Source: an uncultured Gammaproteobacteria bacterium (GTDB taxonomy: Bacteria > Pseudomonadota > Gammaproteobacteria > CAWCPV01). Taken from it: a stretch of DNA of 64,000 bases. The DNA is taken from contig CAWCPV010000002.1 of the NCBI GenBank assembly GCA_963797555.1, forward strand, positions 205,561-269,560, written 5' to 3'. Positions 42,194 to 55,485 of the stretch are shown one piece after another. The notes beneath the pieces were generated by a model. The model saw only the letters and a list, made by a program, of their open reading frames with translations, made no database searches and was not told the DNA's origin. Made by a program: the position numbers and the translations under genes. How positions within the stretch are numbered: position 1 is the stretch's first letter; every line of letters begins with the position of its first letter.

Positions 42194-42572
42194 CGAGCAT
42201 CTCGCTGCTGGCGCGCCGGAACTTCTCGGTGTCTGCGTAGAGGAAGAATGCCCGGTCCTGCTCCCGCGAGAAAAGTCCTTCCTCGGCTTCGTGAAGACAC
42301 ACGCCCCGCTGGAAGACCTGGAAGCGCGCGGTGGGCGACAATCCTTCAGTCAGTAGCAGGAGGTCCACCCCGCGTTGCGGGAACAGGGGCTCGAGCGCCG
42401 CCACCCATTTGCCCTGTTCGAAGAGCGTCGGCACAGCGCTGGGCATCACCGCCAGGTCAACGTCCCTGCCGACGGCGCCTGCGGCGCTGGAGCCGAAAAG
42501 CACCACCAGCCGCCAGCCGAACCGTTGGGCGAGGTCCGCGAGCTGCCGCTGCGTTTCAGGGACAATATGCAT
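42180..42572 (-). CDS. Minimal nucleotidyltransferase (MntA-like) antitoxin
   Basis: VLFGSSAAG..DVDLAV..VDLLLL; overlaps the HEPN gene. Confidence 0.85.
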   Translation of the reverse strand: MHIVPETQRQLADLAQRFGWRLVVLFGSSAAGAVGRDVDLAVMPSAVPTLFEQGKWVAALEPLFPQRGVDLLLLTEGLSPTARFQVFQRGVCLHEAEEGLFSREQDRAFFLYADTEKFRRASSEMLDEPA

Positions 42573-42744
42573 CAGCCGACCCTCGCGCGTCCCGACCAAG
42601 ACTTCCGCCGAGCTCCGTTCCAAGTCTACCCGCCAGACCTCGGGGGCCCCGTGGCAGCGGCGTCTTTTCAGCATCAGGGTACTATGTCTGCCGCCGATGC
42701 CCAATGCGGCCCACGGGACTCATCGTCGCGAGCACCTCCCCCGG

Positions 42745-43557
42745 TCAGCTCGGAGCGGTGCTTTCAATACCTCGGCCACCAGGGAGCGCCCGCCCCGCCC
42801 GACGGTACAAGGCCGCGATCACCTCCCGCATGTCCGCCGGCAGGCGCCGCCAGCCTTCGGCAGCAATGTCATCGGGGATCCCGAAGCGGGCCTCGGCGAT
42901 TCCCCCGGCGATGGCGGCCAGGGTATCGCTGTCGCCGCCCAGGGAAATGGCGTTGCGGATGGCGTCCTCGTAGCCGGCCGCCTCCAGGGCGCAGATCACG
43001 GCTTCGGGCACGGTGCCCTGGCAGGTCTCGTCGAACCGGTAGCCTGGGCGGATGCCGGCCACGGTGCGGTCGAGGTCATAGCGGTAGGCGCCGCTCACGG
43101 CCCGGCGGATGGCGGAGGCGGACTCCCCGTGGAGCGCCATGAAGATCGCCGTGGCGGTGGCCGCGGCCCCCTTCAGCCCCTCGGGGTGGTCGTGGGTCAC
43201 CTCCGTGACGCTCCGGGCGAACCCCAGGGTCTCTTCCAGGGTGTGCCCCAGCAGACCGGCGGGCGAGACGCGCATGGCCGCTCCGTTGCCGTAGCTGCCG
43301 TAGGGCGCCGTCTCCGCCGAGAAGAGCCAGCGGGAGAAGCGGCCGCCCCACCCCGAGTTGGGATAGCGCCGGCCCCATTCTTTGAATGCCTGCCCCGGCG
43401 GGCGGTCGTTGATCAGGGCGTCCGCCACCGCCACCGTGAGCACGCTGTCGTCGGTGAAGAATGCGTCGCGGCGCAGGAAGGGCTCGAAGTCCTTGGCCTT
43501 GTACCCACGAAATTCGTAGACCGACCCGGCGATGTCGCCTATAACGGCTCCAAGCAT
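42745..43557 (-). CDS. ADP-ribosylglycohydrolase
   Basis: MLGAVIGDIAGS, FTDDSVLT, SYGNGAAMRVSP, GGDSDTLAAIAG. Confidence 0.92.
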   Translation of the reverse strand: MLGAVIGDIAGSVYEFRGYKAKDFEPFLRRDAFFTDDSVLTVAVADALINDRPPGQAFKEWGRRYPNSGWGGRFSRWLFSAETAPYGSYGNGAAMRVSPAGLLGHTLEETLGFARSVTEVTHDHPEGLKGAAATATAIFMALHGESASAIRRAVSGAYRYDLDRTVAGIRPGYRFDETCQGTVPEAVICALEAAGYEDAIRNAISLGGDSDTLAAIAGGIAEARFGIPDDIAAEGWRRLPADMREVIAALYRRAGRALPGGRGIESTAPS

Positions 43558-43793
43558 AGCGTTCTCCTTCGTGGAATGCCCGACCGGGCGCGGCAGCCGC
43601 CCGCCACCGGCCGTCGTCAGTCGTTGCTGCGGTCCTCCATCAGGCTTCCTCCCACCGGCTCCAGCGCCGGGACGCTCGACGGCGTCGCGGCGAAGTTACC
43701 GCTCACTGCTTGCTCCCGGCTGCTGGCTTCCCCGTCGCCTTCGTGAGATCGCCTTCGCCGTCCAGCGGATGTGGTGAGTGCGCCATACCGGCA

Positions 43794-45179
43794 TCAACCC
43801 TCGCATTCGCTCTGATCCTCCAGCAGTCCGGCCGCATCCAGCTCCAGCGCCGGGATGCTGGGCAGGCTGCTGCCGACGATGCCGCTCATCTCGCCGTACA
43901 TGCCCACGGTGTTGGTGATCACGCGCTCGATCTGCTTCTCGCGCTCCTTCCAGATCTTCTCCATCGCGCGGCGTTCGCGGTTGAGCTGCTCCTGCAGCCC
44001 CCGGAAGGCATCGACGATGCCCTGCACGCGGCTGCGGAACTGGTCGCCGGCGAGGTAGCGGTAGAGCATCTCCATCTTCTCGTTCTTGCCCTCGGAGGCC
44101 GCGTGGGCGAACGCCACCTGGACGAGCTGCTCGCGCAGGGCCACCGCGAGCGCCGGCCAGGCCCGGAGGCTCGCGATCCACACCCCTTCGACGAGTCCGA
44201 ATTCCTGGACCGTGTCGGGGAGCACCGCGGAAACCAACACCGCCAGGTTGCCGCCGACCGCGCGCTGGTCCTCCTTGAGCTTGTCGATCCAGCCCGGGCT
44301 CCAGTTCTTGGTGTTCTTGGTCTCCCATACGATGCTGCCGCAGGGTTGCATGATGTGGTTGCGCACCTCGTGAATGAGGTCGGCGCCGCGCGCGCCCTTG
44401 GGAACCGGGCGGATGGCGTCCTGCGGAAACTGCCGCTCCAGCGCCGCCTGGATGTCCAGCTCCAGCACCTCCCCCTGCAGCTCCTGAGAGCCCTGCTCGC
44501 TCCTGCGCTTGGCGTCGTCCAATGCCTTGCGCAGGTCATCGATCTGCTTCTCCTTCTCCTTGAGCTTGAGCGCCTGCTCCTCGGTGGCGGCCTTGCGGAT
44601 GGCCTCCTCCAGCCGCTGCTTCTCCGCGTCGACCTTGCGTGCCACCTCCAAGTCCAGCTCCCGGCTCCGCTCCTCGAGGACCGCCTTCTCCTTGCGCAGG
44701 GCCAGCTCGGCCTGTTGAGCCGCCTGAGCCTTGCGGCTCTGCTCGGCGAGCTGCTCCTTCAGGAGCTTCATCTCTTCATCGCTGGTCGCACGAGCGCGCG
44801 CCTCCGCCTGGGCCGCTGCGGCCTTGACCCGTTCGTCGGCCTCTTTGCGCAGGGCCTGCTCCACCTCGTCCCGTACCTTCTCGGCGAGCTGCCGGTTCTG
44901 CTCCTCCAGCTCCCGCGCCCTCTTGCGCAGCTCCAACTGATCCGCCAGAGCTGTCTCGGCCTTCTCGTCCTTTTCAGCCAGCCTGACCTTGAGGTCGGCC
45001 AGCTCCAGCGTCAAAGCCTGCTGGGCGCTCGACCGGGCCTGCTCCACAGCGCGCCTGAGCTGGGCCTCGTGTTGGAGGCGGAGGGTGTTTTCCAGGTCGC
45101 GGCGGATCTGGGCCGACAACGCCTCGGAGACGGGGATCTCGGTCCCGCAATTGGGACAGCGGATGCTCGTTTCTGACAT
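43794..45179 (-). CDS. DUF2130-family protein (Zn ribbon, coiled coil, nuclease-like C-terminus)
   Basis: IRCPNCG, long coiled coil, QGSQELQGEVLEL, FPQD..PVPKG..GAD, WETKNTKNWS..WIDKLKEDQR. Confidence 0.85.
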   Translation of the reverse strand: MSETSIRCPNCGTEIPVSEALSAQIRRDLENTLRLQHEAQLRRAVEQARSSAQQALTLELADLKVRLAEKDEKAETALADQLELRKRARELEEQNRQLAEKVRDEVEQALRKEADERVKAAAAQAEARARATSDEEMKLLKEQLAEQSRKAQAAQQAELALRKEKAVLEERSRELDLEVARKVDAEKQRLEEAIRKAATEEQALKLKEKEKQIDDLRKALDDAKRRSEQGSQELQGEVLELDIQAALERQFPQDAIRPVPKGARGADLIHEVRNHIMQPCGSIVWETKNTKNWSPGWIDKLKEDQRAVGGNLAVLVSAVLPDTVQEFGLVEGVWIASLRAWPALAVALREQLVQVAFAHAASEGKNEKMEMLYRYLAGDQFRSRVQGIVDAFRGLQEQLNRERRAMEKIWKEREKQIERVITNTVGMYGEMSGIVGSSLPSIPALELDAAGLLEDQSECEG

Positions 45180-45193
45180 TTGTTCAAGACCTC

Positions 45194-46643
45194 GTAACTA
45201 TTCAGGTATCTCTTGCAGGACAGTTGATTATGCGTGACACTTTAGTGCATGCATGAGAAACAGAGTGCAACCCCATTCGATGCCGCCCTGTTCGGCGAGC
45301 TAGAGCGGCTGCGTGCGGAGAACGCCGCATTGCGCGCCCAGGTGGCGCAACTGCTGCAACGGGTCCAAGACTTGGAGGCCCGACTGGCCAAGGACAGCCA
45401 CAACTCCAGCAAACCACCGTCATCGGATCCCCCGTTCAATCCTGGCGCGACGATGGGGCTGGTGGACGAACCCGACCGCACCGTGTTCCTGCCGCTGACT
45501 GGGCACTGCGATTGCGGGTGCTGCCGTGCGGGGATCCTCGCCTCGGCGCTGCCCGAGCGACGCCAAGTGACCGAACGGGTGATCCGCCGTGAGGTTACCG
45601 AGTACCGTATCCTCGAAGGGGTGTGCATCTGCGGCCAGGTGCACCGTAGCGCGTTTCCGCCGGGGATGGACGCTGCGGTGCAGTATGGACCGGGAGTGTA
45701 TGCTCTTGCGGTGCACTTGACCCAATACCAGCTCCTGCCCTACCGGCGCACCGCTGCGTTGCTCGATGAGCTGGCCGGCATCGCCATCTCTCCTGCTACC
45801 ATCCATGCCGCAGTGAGGTCTGCGGCCATGCGGGTGCAGGCGCAGGTAGCGACCATCGGCCAAGCGCTCGCGCGTGCCGCGGTGGCCCACGCCGACGAGA
45901 CCGGTGTGCGCGTCGACGGCAAGCTCAACTGGCTGCATGTTCTGAGCACCGATACGCTCACCACCTGCTTTGTCCCTGCCAAGCGCGGCCAGGCCGCCCT
46001 GGATGCCTTCGGTCTGCTGGCGCACTACACCGGCATTCTGGTCCATGACCACTGGTGTGCCTACGACTGCTACCCGGGCCTGCACGCCTTCTGCAACGCT
46101 CATCCCCTGCGGGAGTTGATCGGCCTCATCGAGGGCTTCCCCGAGCAGAGCTGGGCGGCACCGATGATCGATCTCCTGTGCCAGGCCAAAGAGGCCGCCG
46201 ATCAAGCCCGCGCTCAGGGACTCGCGGCCCTGCCCACACCCGCCCTGGAGCAGTTTCAGGCGCGCTATGACACGATCCTCACCCAAGGCGCGGCACTCAA
46301 CCCCCGCAACACCCAGCGCACCGGCACCCGCGGGCGAATCAAGCACTCACCCGCCTACAATCTGCTCGGGCGCCTACGCGAGCGCCGCGACGATACCTTG
46401 CGCTTTCTCACGGATCTCCGCGTCCCCTTCGATAACAACCAAGCTGAGCGCGATGTGCGCATGCCCAAGGTCAAACAGAAGGTCTCCGGAGGCTTTCGCT
46501 CCTCCGAGGGCGCTGCAGCATTCGCCACCATCCGCTCTTACCTCTCCACCTTGCGCAAACAATCCGCCGACCTCTTCCATGCCTTGGTCATGACCTTCCA
46601 GGGGGCGCCGCCTATGCCGCGGTTGGGGTAGGTGAATAGTTAC
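45194..46643 (+). mobile_element. IS66-family element, single-ORF type
   Basis: IR GTAACTATTCA / TGAATAGTTAC; 8-bp target duplication AAGACCTC (45186-93 and 46644-51). Confidence 0.93.
45249..46631 (+). CDS. IS66 transposase
   Basis: KDSHNSSKPPSSD, HADETG, VHDHW, FDNNQAERDVRMPKVKQKVSGGFRS. The usual KPGGQ.GH segment appears deleted. Confidence 0.9.
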   Translation: MHEKQSATPFDAALFGELERLRAENAALRAQVAQLLQRVQDLEARLAKDSHNSSKPPSSDPPFNPGATMGLVDEPDRTVFLPLTGHCDCGCCRAGILASALPERRQVTERVIRREVTEYRILEGVCICGQVHRSAFPPGMDAAVQYGPGVYALAVHLTQYQLLPYRRTAALLDELAGIAISPATIHAAVRSAAMRVQAQVATIGQALARAAVAHADETGVRVDGKLNWLHVLSTDTLTTCFVPAKRGQAALDAFGLLAHYTGILVHDHWCAYDCYPGLHAFCNAHPLRELIGLIEGFPEQSWAAPMIDLLCQAKEAADQARAQGLAALPTPALEQFQARYDTILTQGAALNPRNTQRTGTRGRIKHSPAYNLLGRLRERRDDTLRFLTDLRVPFDNNQAERDVRMPKVKQKVSGGFRSSEGAAAFATIRSYLSTLRKQSADLFHALVMTFQGAPPMPRLG

Positions 46644-46837
46644 AAGACCTCCTGAATATCCTCACCTCGGCCTACGCCGCGAGCACGCAAGCCGCCTGTC
46701 CGGCCCTTTATTACCACAGTCGCTGCATCAATCCGTGAGGCAGTGCCGGTGGCCCAGCGTCAGCGATTGTGCTCCGCACGCAGCCGGTGATGCCTGGAAA
46801 TTCCACCTTAGCGGCATTGTTGCGCTCCGGTCGCTGC

Positions 46838-46847
46838 GCAAGCTTGC
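46838..46847 (-). promoter_or_regulatory. Palindrome GCAAGCTTGC upstream of the DUF2130-to-Card1 gene string (as it was before IS66 inserted)
   Basis: gccc-GCAAGCTTGC on the minus strand; a TAAGGT -10-like hexamer lies about 28 bp downstream. Confidence 0.5.
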
Positions 46848-46879
46848 GGGCAAGGCCACCACGGCCTCGCTGCTAATGA

Positions 46880-47140
46880 CGTTGGCTCTCGGGCGTCGGG
46901 TCGTAGAACTCAGGGTTGCCCTCGTGAGGCACCGGGACGATGACGTGCGACAGTCGGTCCTGCGGGCGCCCATACCGCAACAGGGATTAGCCCGCGTAGA
47001 ATCCCATGGATTGACCTCGCAGGCGATGGAAAGCGGGAGCGCGCTGGTTCGGTCCGCCGGGAGGCGCCGAACCCAGTCCACGATGAGGTCAGCGGCGAGC
47101 GTGTCGTCATCCGGCGCCCGGACATCCGAGAGCGCCTCTT
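46880..47140 (-). pseudogene. Eroded second copy of an NE0113-family CARF gene
   Basis: ALSDVRAPDDDTLAADLIVDWVRRL..SALPLSIA, then after a frameshift MGFYAG*SLLRYGRPQDRLSHVIV..PHEGNPEFYDPTPES; colinear with the 18718 protein. Confidence 0.8.
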
Positions 47141-47259
47141 CGGGCGCCTTGACTGCCTGCGGCTTAGAGGAGAGGATCTTGCGCCGGGGCGGAAGGCCAA
47201 CGGGGAATTCCTTCGCCCGGCCAGCACGACCTGCGCACCGAAGGTAGGAGAGGGTAGGA

Positions 47260-47841
47260 ATGAGCACGCCCGAACAACATCTGCCAGCCCCGGCGGGTAA
47301 ACAGCAGAGCCTGGCAACCGACCAGTTCTTCTACTTCTTCCTGCGCCTTCGCAAGCAGGAGATTCGCCGCACGGTGCAGGCGCTGAAGGCCCGTTACCCG
47401 GACGATAGCCCCGAGCGGCTCGCGCGGCGCATCATCGCGTCCCACATGCCCATCTCGTTCCTCGGGGGAGCCCTGACGCATCTGCCGCTGCTCCTCCCCG
47501 GCGTCGGGCAGGCGCTCAAGCTGCTCGGCTTCGTCGGGGGCGCGTCGGCGCTCACGCGGATGCACCTCTACCTGATCCTCGAGATCGCCCTGGTCTACGG
47601 CAAAGACATCGACGAACAGGCCCGCGTCCCGGAGATGGCTGCCGTGGTCGCAGCCACGGGCCTGGCAGCGAGCACCCCAATCGTCCTGCAGATTCTGGAA
47701 CTCAACCCCATCTATGCCATTCCCGCGTCCGGTCTCAGCGCGGTCACGGTGGCCCAGCTCATCGGCAACGCCGCGATCCAGTATTACGGCGGCCCCGCCA
47801 CCGAAGCCGCTGCGGCATTCTCTCCCGCCCCCGCTTCGTGA
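47260..47841 (+). CDS. Hypothetical hydrophobic protein (EcsC-like)
   Basis: 193 aa with an RBS; LKARYPDDSPERLARRII, hydrophobic segments, LILEIALVYGKD. Confidence 0.6.
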   Translation: MSTPEQHLPAPAGKQQSLATDQFFYFFLRLRKQEIRRTVQALKARYPDDSPERLARRIIASHMPISFLGGALTHLPLLLPGVGQALKLLGFVGGASALTRMHLYLILEIALVYGKDIDEQARVPEMAAVVAATGLAASTPIVLQILELNPIYAIPASGLSAVTVAQLIGNAAIQYYGGPATEAAAAFSPAPAS

Positions 47842-47955
47842 TACGCCGGATGGCGGCTCGAAATCGCCTCCCGCCGGAGGCCTTGGGCGCGTCTGGCCCG
47901 AGTCCCTGTCATGTGGCATTATGATTTTGTCACGTGACATGGACCGGAGGCTCCC

Positions 47956-48375
47956 ATGACCGAAGAGGCTCGCATCCTCAAGTTTCTCGGGGCGGGGAAG
48001 CGGCGCCGCAGCGACTTGGTGGAGATGACGCGCCAGGGCATCGCCTCCACGACCGCCAAGCAGGTACTGTCGGACCTCGGTCTGAACCCGGAGCAGACCA
48101 CCGTTATCCTCGGAACCTCGCCCCGGACGCTCGCGCGGCGCGTCCAGAAGAACCAGTCCCTCGACCCGGTCGAGTCCGACCGCTTGGTGCGGTTCCTGCG
48201 GGTCGCCGCCCACGCGGAAGAGGTGTTCGAGGACCGGGACCGGGCGCTCCAGTGGCTGAAGGCACCGAACCGCGCCCTCGCGGGTGCGGTGCCGCTCGAT
48301 CTGCTGGACACGGACGCGGGGACCGAGCTGGTAGATGAGGTCCTGCACCGCCTGGACTATGGCGTCTATAGTTGA
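47956..48375 (+). CDS. Xre/MbcA/ParS-type antitoxin
   Basis: SPRTLARR..ESDRLVR..WLKAPNRALAGAVPLDLLDTDAG..V..L.RLDYGVYS. Confidence 0.9.
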   Translation: MTEEARILKFLGAGKRRRSDLVEMTRQGIASTTAKQVLSDLGLNPEQTTVILGTSPRTLARRVQKNQSLDPVESDRLVRFLRVAAHAEEVFEDRDRALQWLKAPNRALAGAVPLDLLDTDAGTELVDEVLHRLDYGVYS

Positions 48376-48866
48376 TGCGGGTGTGGCGGCTCACCAGCCG
48401 GCGAAGGGCTGCGACCGCCTTCTCGGGCGAAGGTACCCGCATCGCCGGTAGCCGCTGGATGGAGCGCGGCCTCCCGGCCGTCTATACCTCGCAATCCATC
48501 GCCCTCGCGGCGCTGGAGACCCTGGTCCACGCCGATGTGGAGATGCTCGCCCCGCAGCTCGTGATTCCGGCGGACCTGCCGGAAGACCTGCCGATCGAGC
48601 AGGTCGAAGTGTCGGGGCTTCCGAAGACCTGGTTCCATACGCCCGCACCGACCGCCCTGCAGGCGATCGGAGCAAGGTGGATCGAGTCCAAACGGACGTC
48701 AGTGCTGCAGGTCCCATCGGCCATCGTGAACGACGAGTGCAACTACATCCTGAATCCGTTCCACCCGGACTTCGGCCGGATCGCCGTCGGCGATCCCCGA
48801 CCCTTCGCCTTCGACGGGCGCCTGTGGCGTCACCCGGGGAGCCACTCGCCGACGCCGCTGCTGTGA
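48375..48866 (+). CDS. RES-domain toxin
   Basis: VWRL..AFSGEG..GSRW..VYTSQSIALAALETLVH..VPSAIV..NYILNP.HPDF. Confidence 0.9.
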   Translation: MRVWRLTSRRRAATAFSGEGTRIAGSRWMERGLPAVYTSQSIALAALETLVHADVEMLAPQLVIPADLPEDLPIEQVEVSGLPKTWFHTPAPTALQAIGARWIESKRTSVLQVPSAIVNDECNYILNPFHPDFGRIAVGDPRPFAFDGRLWRHPGSHSPTPLL

Positions 48867-48983
48867 CCACACTGGAGCCTGTGCCATGCAGTCCGGCAGG
48901 CATGGCGCTGCGCATTGTCACAAACATGTCGGTGATATCCGCCAGGCGCTGGAGGGTGGTGGTTCCGGGCCCCAATCCAATCG

Positions 48984-49072
48984 ATAGGATGGGCAAAGCG
49001 AAGCGTGCCCATCACCCACCCGTCACTCCCCGTCCATCCGATGTCGGGTTACGCTGCGCTAACCCGACCTAC
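48984..49072. repeat. Inverted pair of GTAG-type REP-like palindromes
   Basis: ATAGGATGGGCAAAGCGAAGCGTGCCCATC on + and GTAGGTCGGGTTAGCGCAGCGTAACCCGACA on -. The recD stop TAG lies in the GTAG tetramer. Confidence 0.7.
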
Positions 49073-50900
49073 ACCTCTCCCCACAGCCGCTCCGCGAGGC
49101 TCGAGGCGCGCTCCACGCGGCGCTGCACCGCTGCGGCCAGCACCGTCGGCGGGCCCCACACGCTGACGTGCTCCCGGGCCCGGGTGACGCCTGTGTAGAT
49201 CAGCTCCCGCGTGAGCACCGGTGAAGGCCGGTCGGGAAGGACGAGCATCACGCGGTCGAACTCGGATCCCTGGCTCTTGTGTACGGTCATGGCGAAGACC
49301 GTCTCGTGCTCTGGCAGCCGGGCCGGCAGCAGACGGCGGAGCTCCCCGCCCGGCCTCTCGAACCAGGCGCGCAGGGCGCCGCCCGCGGCCGGGTCCGGCC
49401 AGAGGACGCCGACGTTGCCGTTGAACAGATCGAGCCGGTAGTCGTTGCGGATGACCATCACCGGGCGGCCGGCGTACCAGCCCGTCTGCGGCGCCGTGAG
49501 CCCCATCCGCCGCAGAGCCGCCTCGATGAGCGCATTGACCTGGCGCACGCCCCAGGGCCCCTCCCGCAGGGCGCAAAGGACCCGGAAACGTCCCAAAGCG
49601 CGCAGCGCCTCGGCCGGGTCGGTCTGCTCCAGGAACGCCCGGTATCCCGCGCTCGCCTCCTCGGCGAGGGCGTCCCGCGTGTGCTCGCCGGCCGGTTGGT
49701 AGGCCACGTCGGGGTGACCGCCCGACTGCAGCATCGCCAGGGCGCCCGCGGCGTCCCCTGCGTTGACGCGGGCGGCGAGTGCCCCGATGCCGCTCTCGGC
49801 GCCGAAGCGGTAGCTCCGCGTGAGCAGTGCGATGCTGTCGGCGATGGGCGGCGCCCCCTGGTCGCCCTCCGGGTCCGGCGGCCCGGCTCCGGCCACTTCA
49901 TTGAGCGCTTCGCGCATCGCGGCGGAGGGCCGCACCGGCCGGCCTCTGCCGCAGAGGTCGCCCAGCACGGCGCCGGCCTCCACCGAGGCGAGCTGGTCCC
50001 GGTCGCCCAGCAGGATCAGCCGGGCGTGCTCCGGCAGGGCGGCCAGCAGGCGGGACAGGGTGGGAAGGTCCACCATCGAGGCCTCGTCCACCACCAGCGC
50101 GTCCAGGTGCAGGGGGTTGTCCGGGCCATGGCGGAAGCCGACCCGTCCGGGTACCGCCCCGAGCAGGCGATGCAGGGTGGCGGCCTCCTCGGGTATGGCG
50201 CTACAGAGGTCCGGCCCCAAGGGCAACTCCTGTTTGACCGCCCGGATGGACTCCCCGAGCCGGGCTGCGGCCTTGCCGGTCGGCGCGGCGAGCCCGACGC
50301 GCGCCGCCGGCACCCCCTGGTCCGCCAGCAGGGCCAGGATGGCGGTGACGGTGCGCGTCTTGCCGGTGCCGGGGCCGCCCGAGATCACCGCGAGGTTCCG
50401 CAGGAGCACGGTGGCGGCGGCGAGCCGCTGACCGTCCGGAGCCTGGGAGGCCGGGAACAGGCGCTCCAGGCCGGCCCGCAGCCGCGCGCGGTCGACCCCC
50501 TCGGCCCAACGCTGCGCCCTCGCCGCCAGAGCTTCTGCCAGGGTCTGTTCGAGCTGCCAGTAGCGCGCCAGGTAGAGGCGGTCGCGCTGGTCCAGCACGA
50601 GCGGCGTGCCTTGGGCGGGACGCCCGACTACCCCGCTCGCGAGCAGCCCCTCGCGCCACGCTTCCAGGGGCGGTGCGACGATGGCGAGCTGCGGCGCCTG
50701 CTCCTCGAACAGGAGGCGGCCCGCGTGGTCGGGGAGGCTCAGGCACACGTCCCCCTCGCCCACGCGCCGGCTGGCCAGGCAGGCGCCGAGCCAGAGCGCC
50801 GGCGTCCCGCTGCCGGCCAGCTCTACCATCCAGCGGGCAAAGTGGACGTCCAAGTCGCGCAGGGCGCCGTGGTCCGCGGCCTGGCGCAGAGCGTCCAACA

Positions 50901-50901
<1 letters not shown>
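49069..50901 (-). CDS. recD: Exodeoxyribonuclease V alpha subunit
   Basis: ISGGPGTGKT, AAPTGKAAARL, VVDEASMVD, GDRDQLASVEAG, AMTVHKSQGSEF, YTGVTRAR. Confidence 0.95.
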
Positions 50902-54597
<3,696 letters not shown>

Positions 54598-54811
54598 CCG
54601 GCGCGCCGTCAGCTCCATGCCATGGTGAACGGTATGCCGGAGCCGGCCGGACCTGGACTCGGAGCTTGTAAGACCAATCGCCATGGCGCCGTGACCACAG
54701 CCCATCGGAGGCTGATCTGTGGGGACGGATTCATCCGGCCTGGGCGGGATAAGTCACGCCCTGCTTGGTCAGAGCGCCTCCACCGGAGGCCTCTGCGCAC
54801 CCCGCCGCGGG

Positions 54812-55224
54812 TCACTGCGGCAGCTTGAGAGAAACAGAAGGAAAGTAGGTATGGAACCGGCCTCGATCCGCGGTGGCGAGTTCCCAGCCCATGATCTTGG
54901 CATGGGCGCCGATGAAGAAGTCAGGGAGCGGCATGGCAGAAACTGGCATGTCGGACTGCGACATTCGCCGCTTCCGGTAGCGGATGAATGCCTTGGCACA
55001 AACGTCGGCCGCCGCCGCAGGCACGTCGAGGATCTCGACTCCCCAACTGCGTATCCGGTCGGCGACAGTCGGTGGATCTGCGTCTCCGACACAAATCTCG
55101 GCCAGGCTCACCGCATCGATGGCGGCGCCGTCACTCGCCACGGCCTCGGCGATAGCGTCTCTTGCCCATTAGGGGAGTCAACGTCAAAGGCGTAGATGAG
55201 CACGTTGGTATCCAGAAGGGTCAT
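54812..55224 (-). pseudogene. PIN-domain toxin, frameshifted near 55170
   Basis: MTLLDTNVLIYA, then after the shift WARDAIAEA..SLAEI..LPDFFIGAHA..LATADRGRF..YFP. Confidence 0.8.
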
Positions 55225-55454
55225 GGCTCACGGGTCAGTTTGCGGAGCTGCTCCCACGTCATCGTCGGTCGTAGAGGGGCGTTGCGCATGGCCTTCATAC
55301 ACGCCTGTTTGCTCAGGCGTTCGGTCGGCTCCGGCTTCTCCAGCCTGACGAGCAGGAAACGTCCTTCCCTCTGTTGCTGGATGTCAAAGACATCCCCCGG
55401 CCGGCCGCCCGGCAGAACGATACGTTTCTTGGAATCGACGGTCGAAGTACTCAT
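55221..55454 (-). CDS. AbrB/MazE-like antitoxin
   Basis: MSTSTVDSKKRIVLP..PGDVFDI; overlaps the PIN gene start. Confidence 0.7.
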   Translation of the reverse strand: MSTSTVDSKKRIVLPGGRPGDVFDIQQQREGRFLLVRLEKPEPTERLSKQACMKAMRNAPLRPTMTWEQLRKLTREP

Positions 55455-55485
55455 GGTGGGACAATCCCACATGGCCTGCCTCCGG

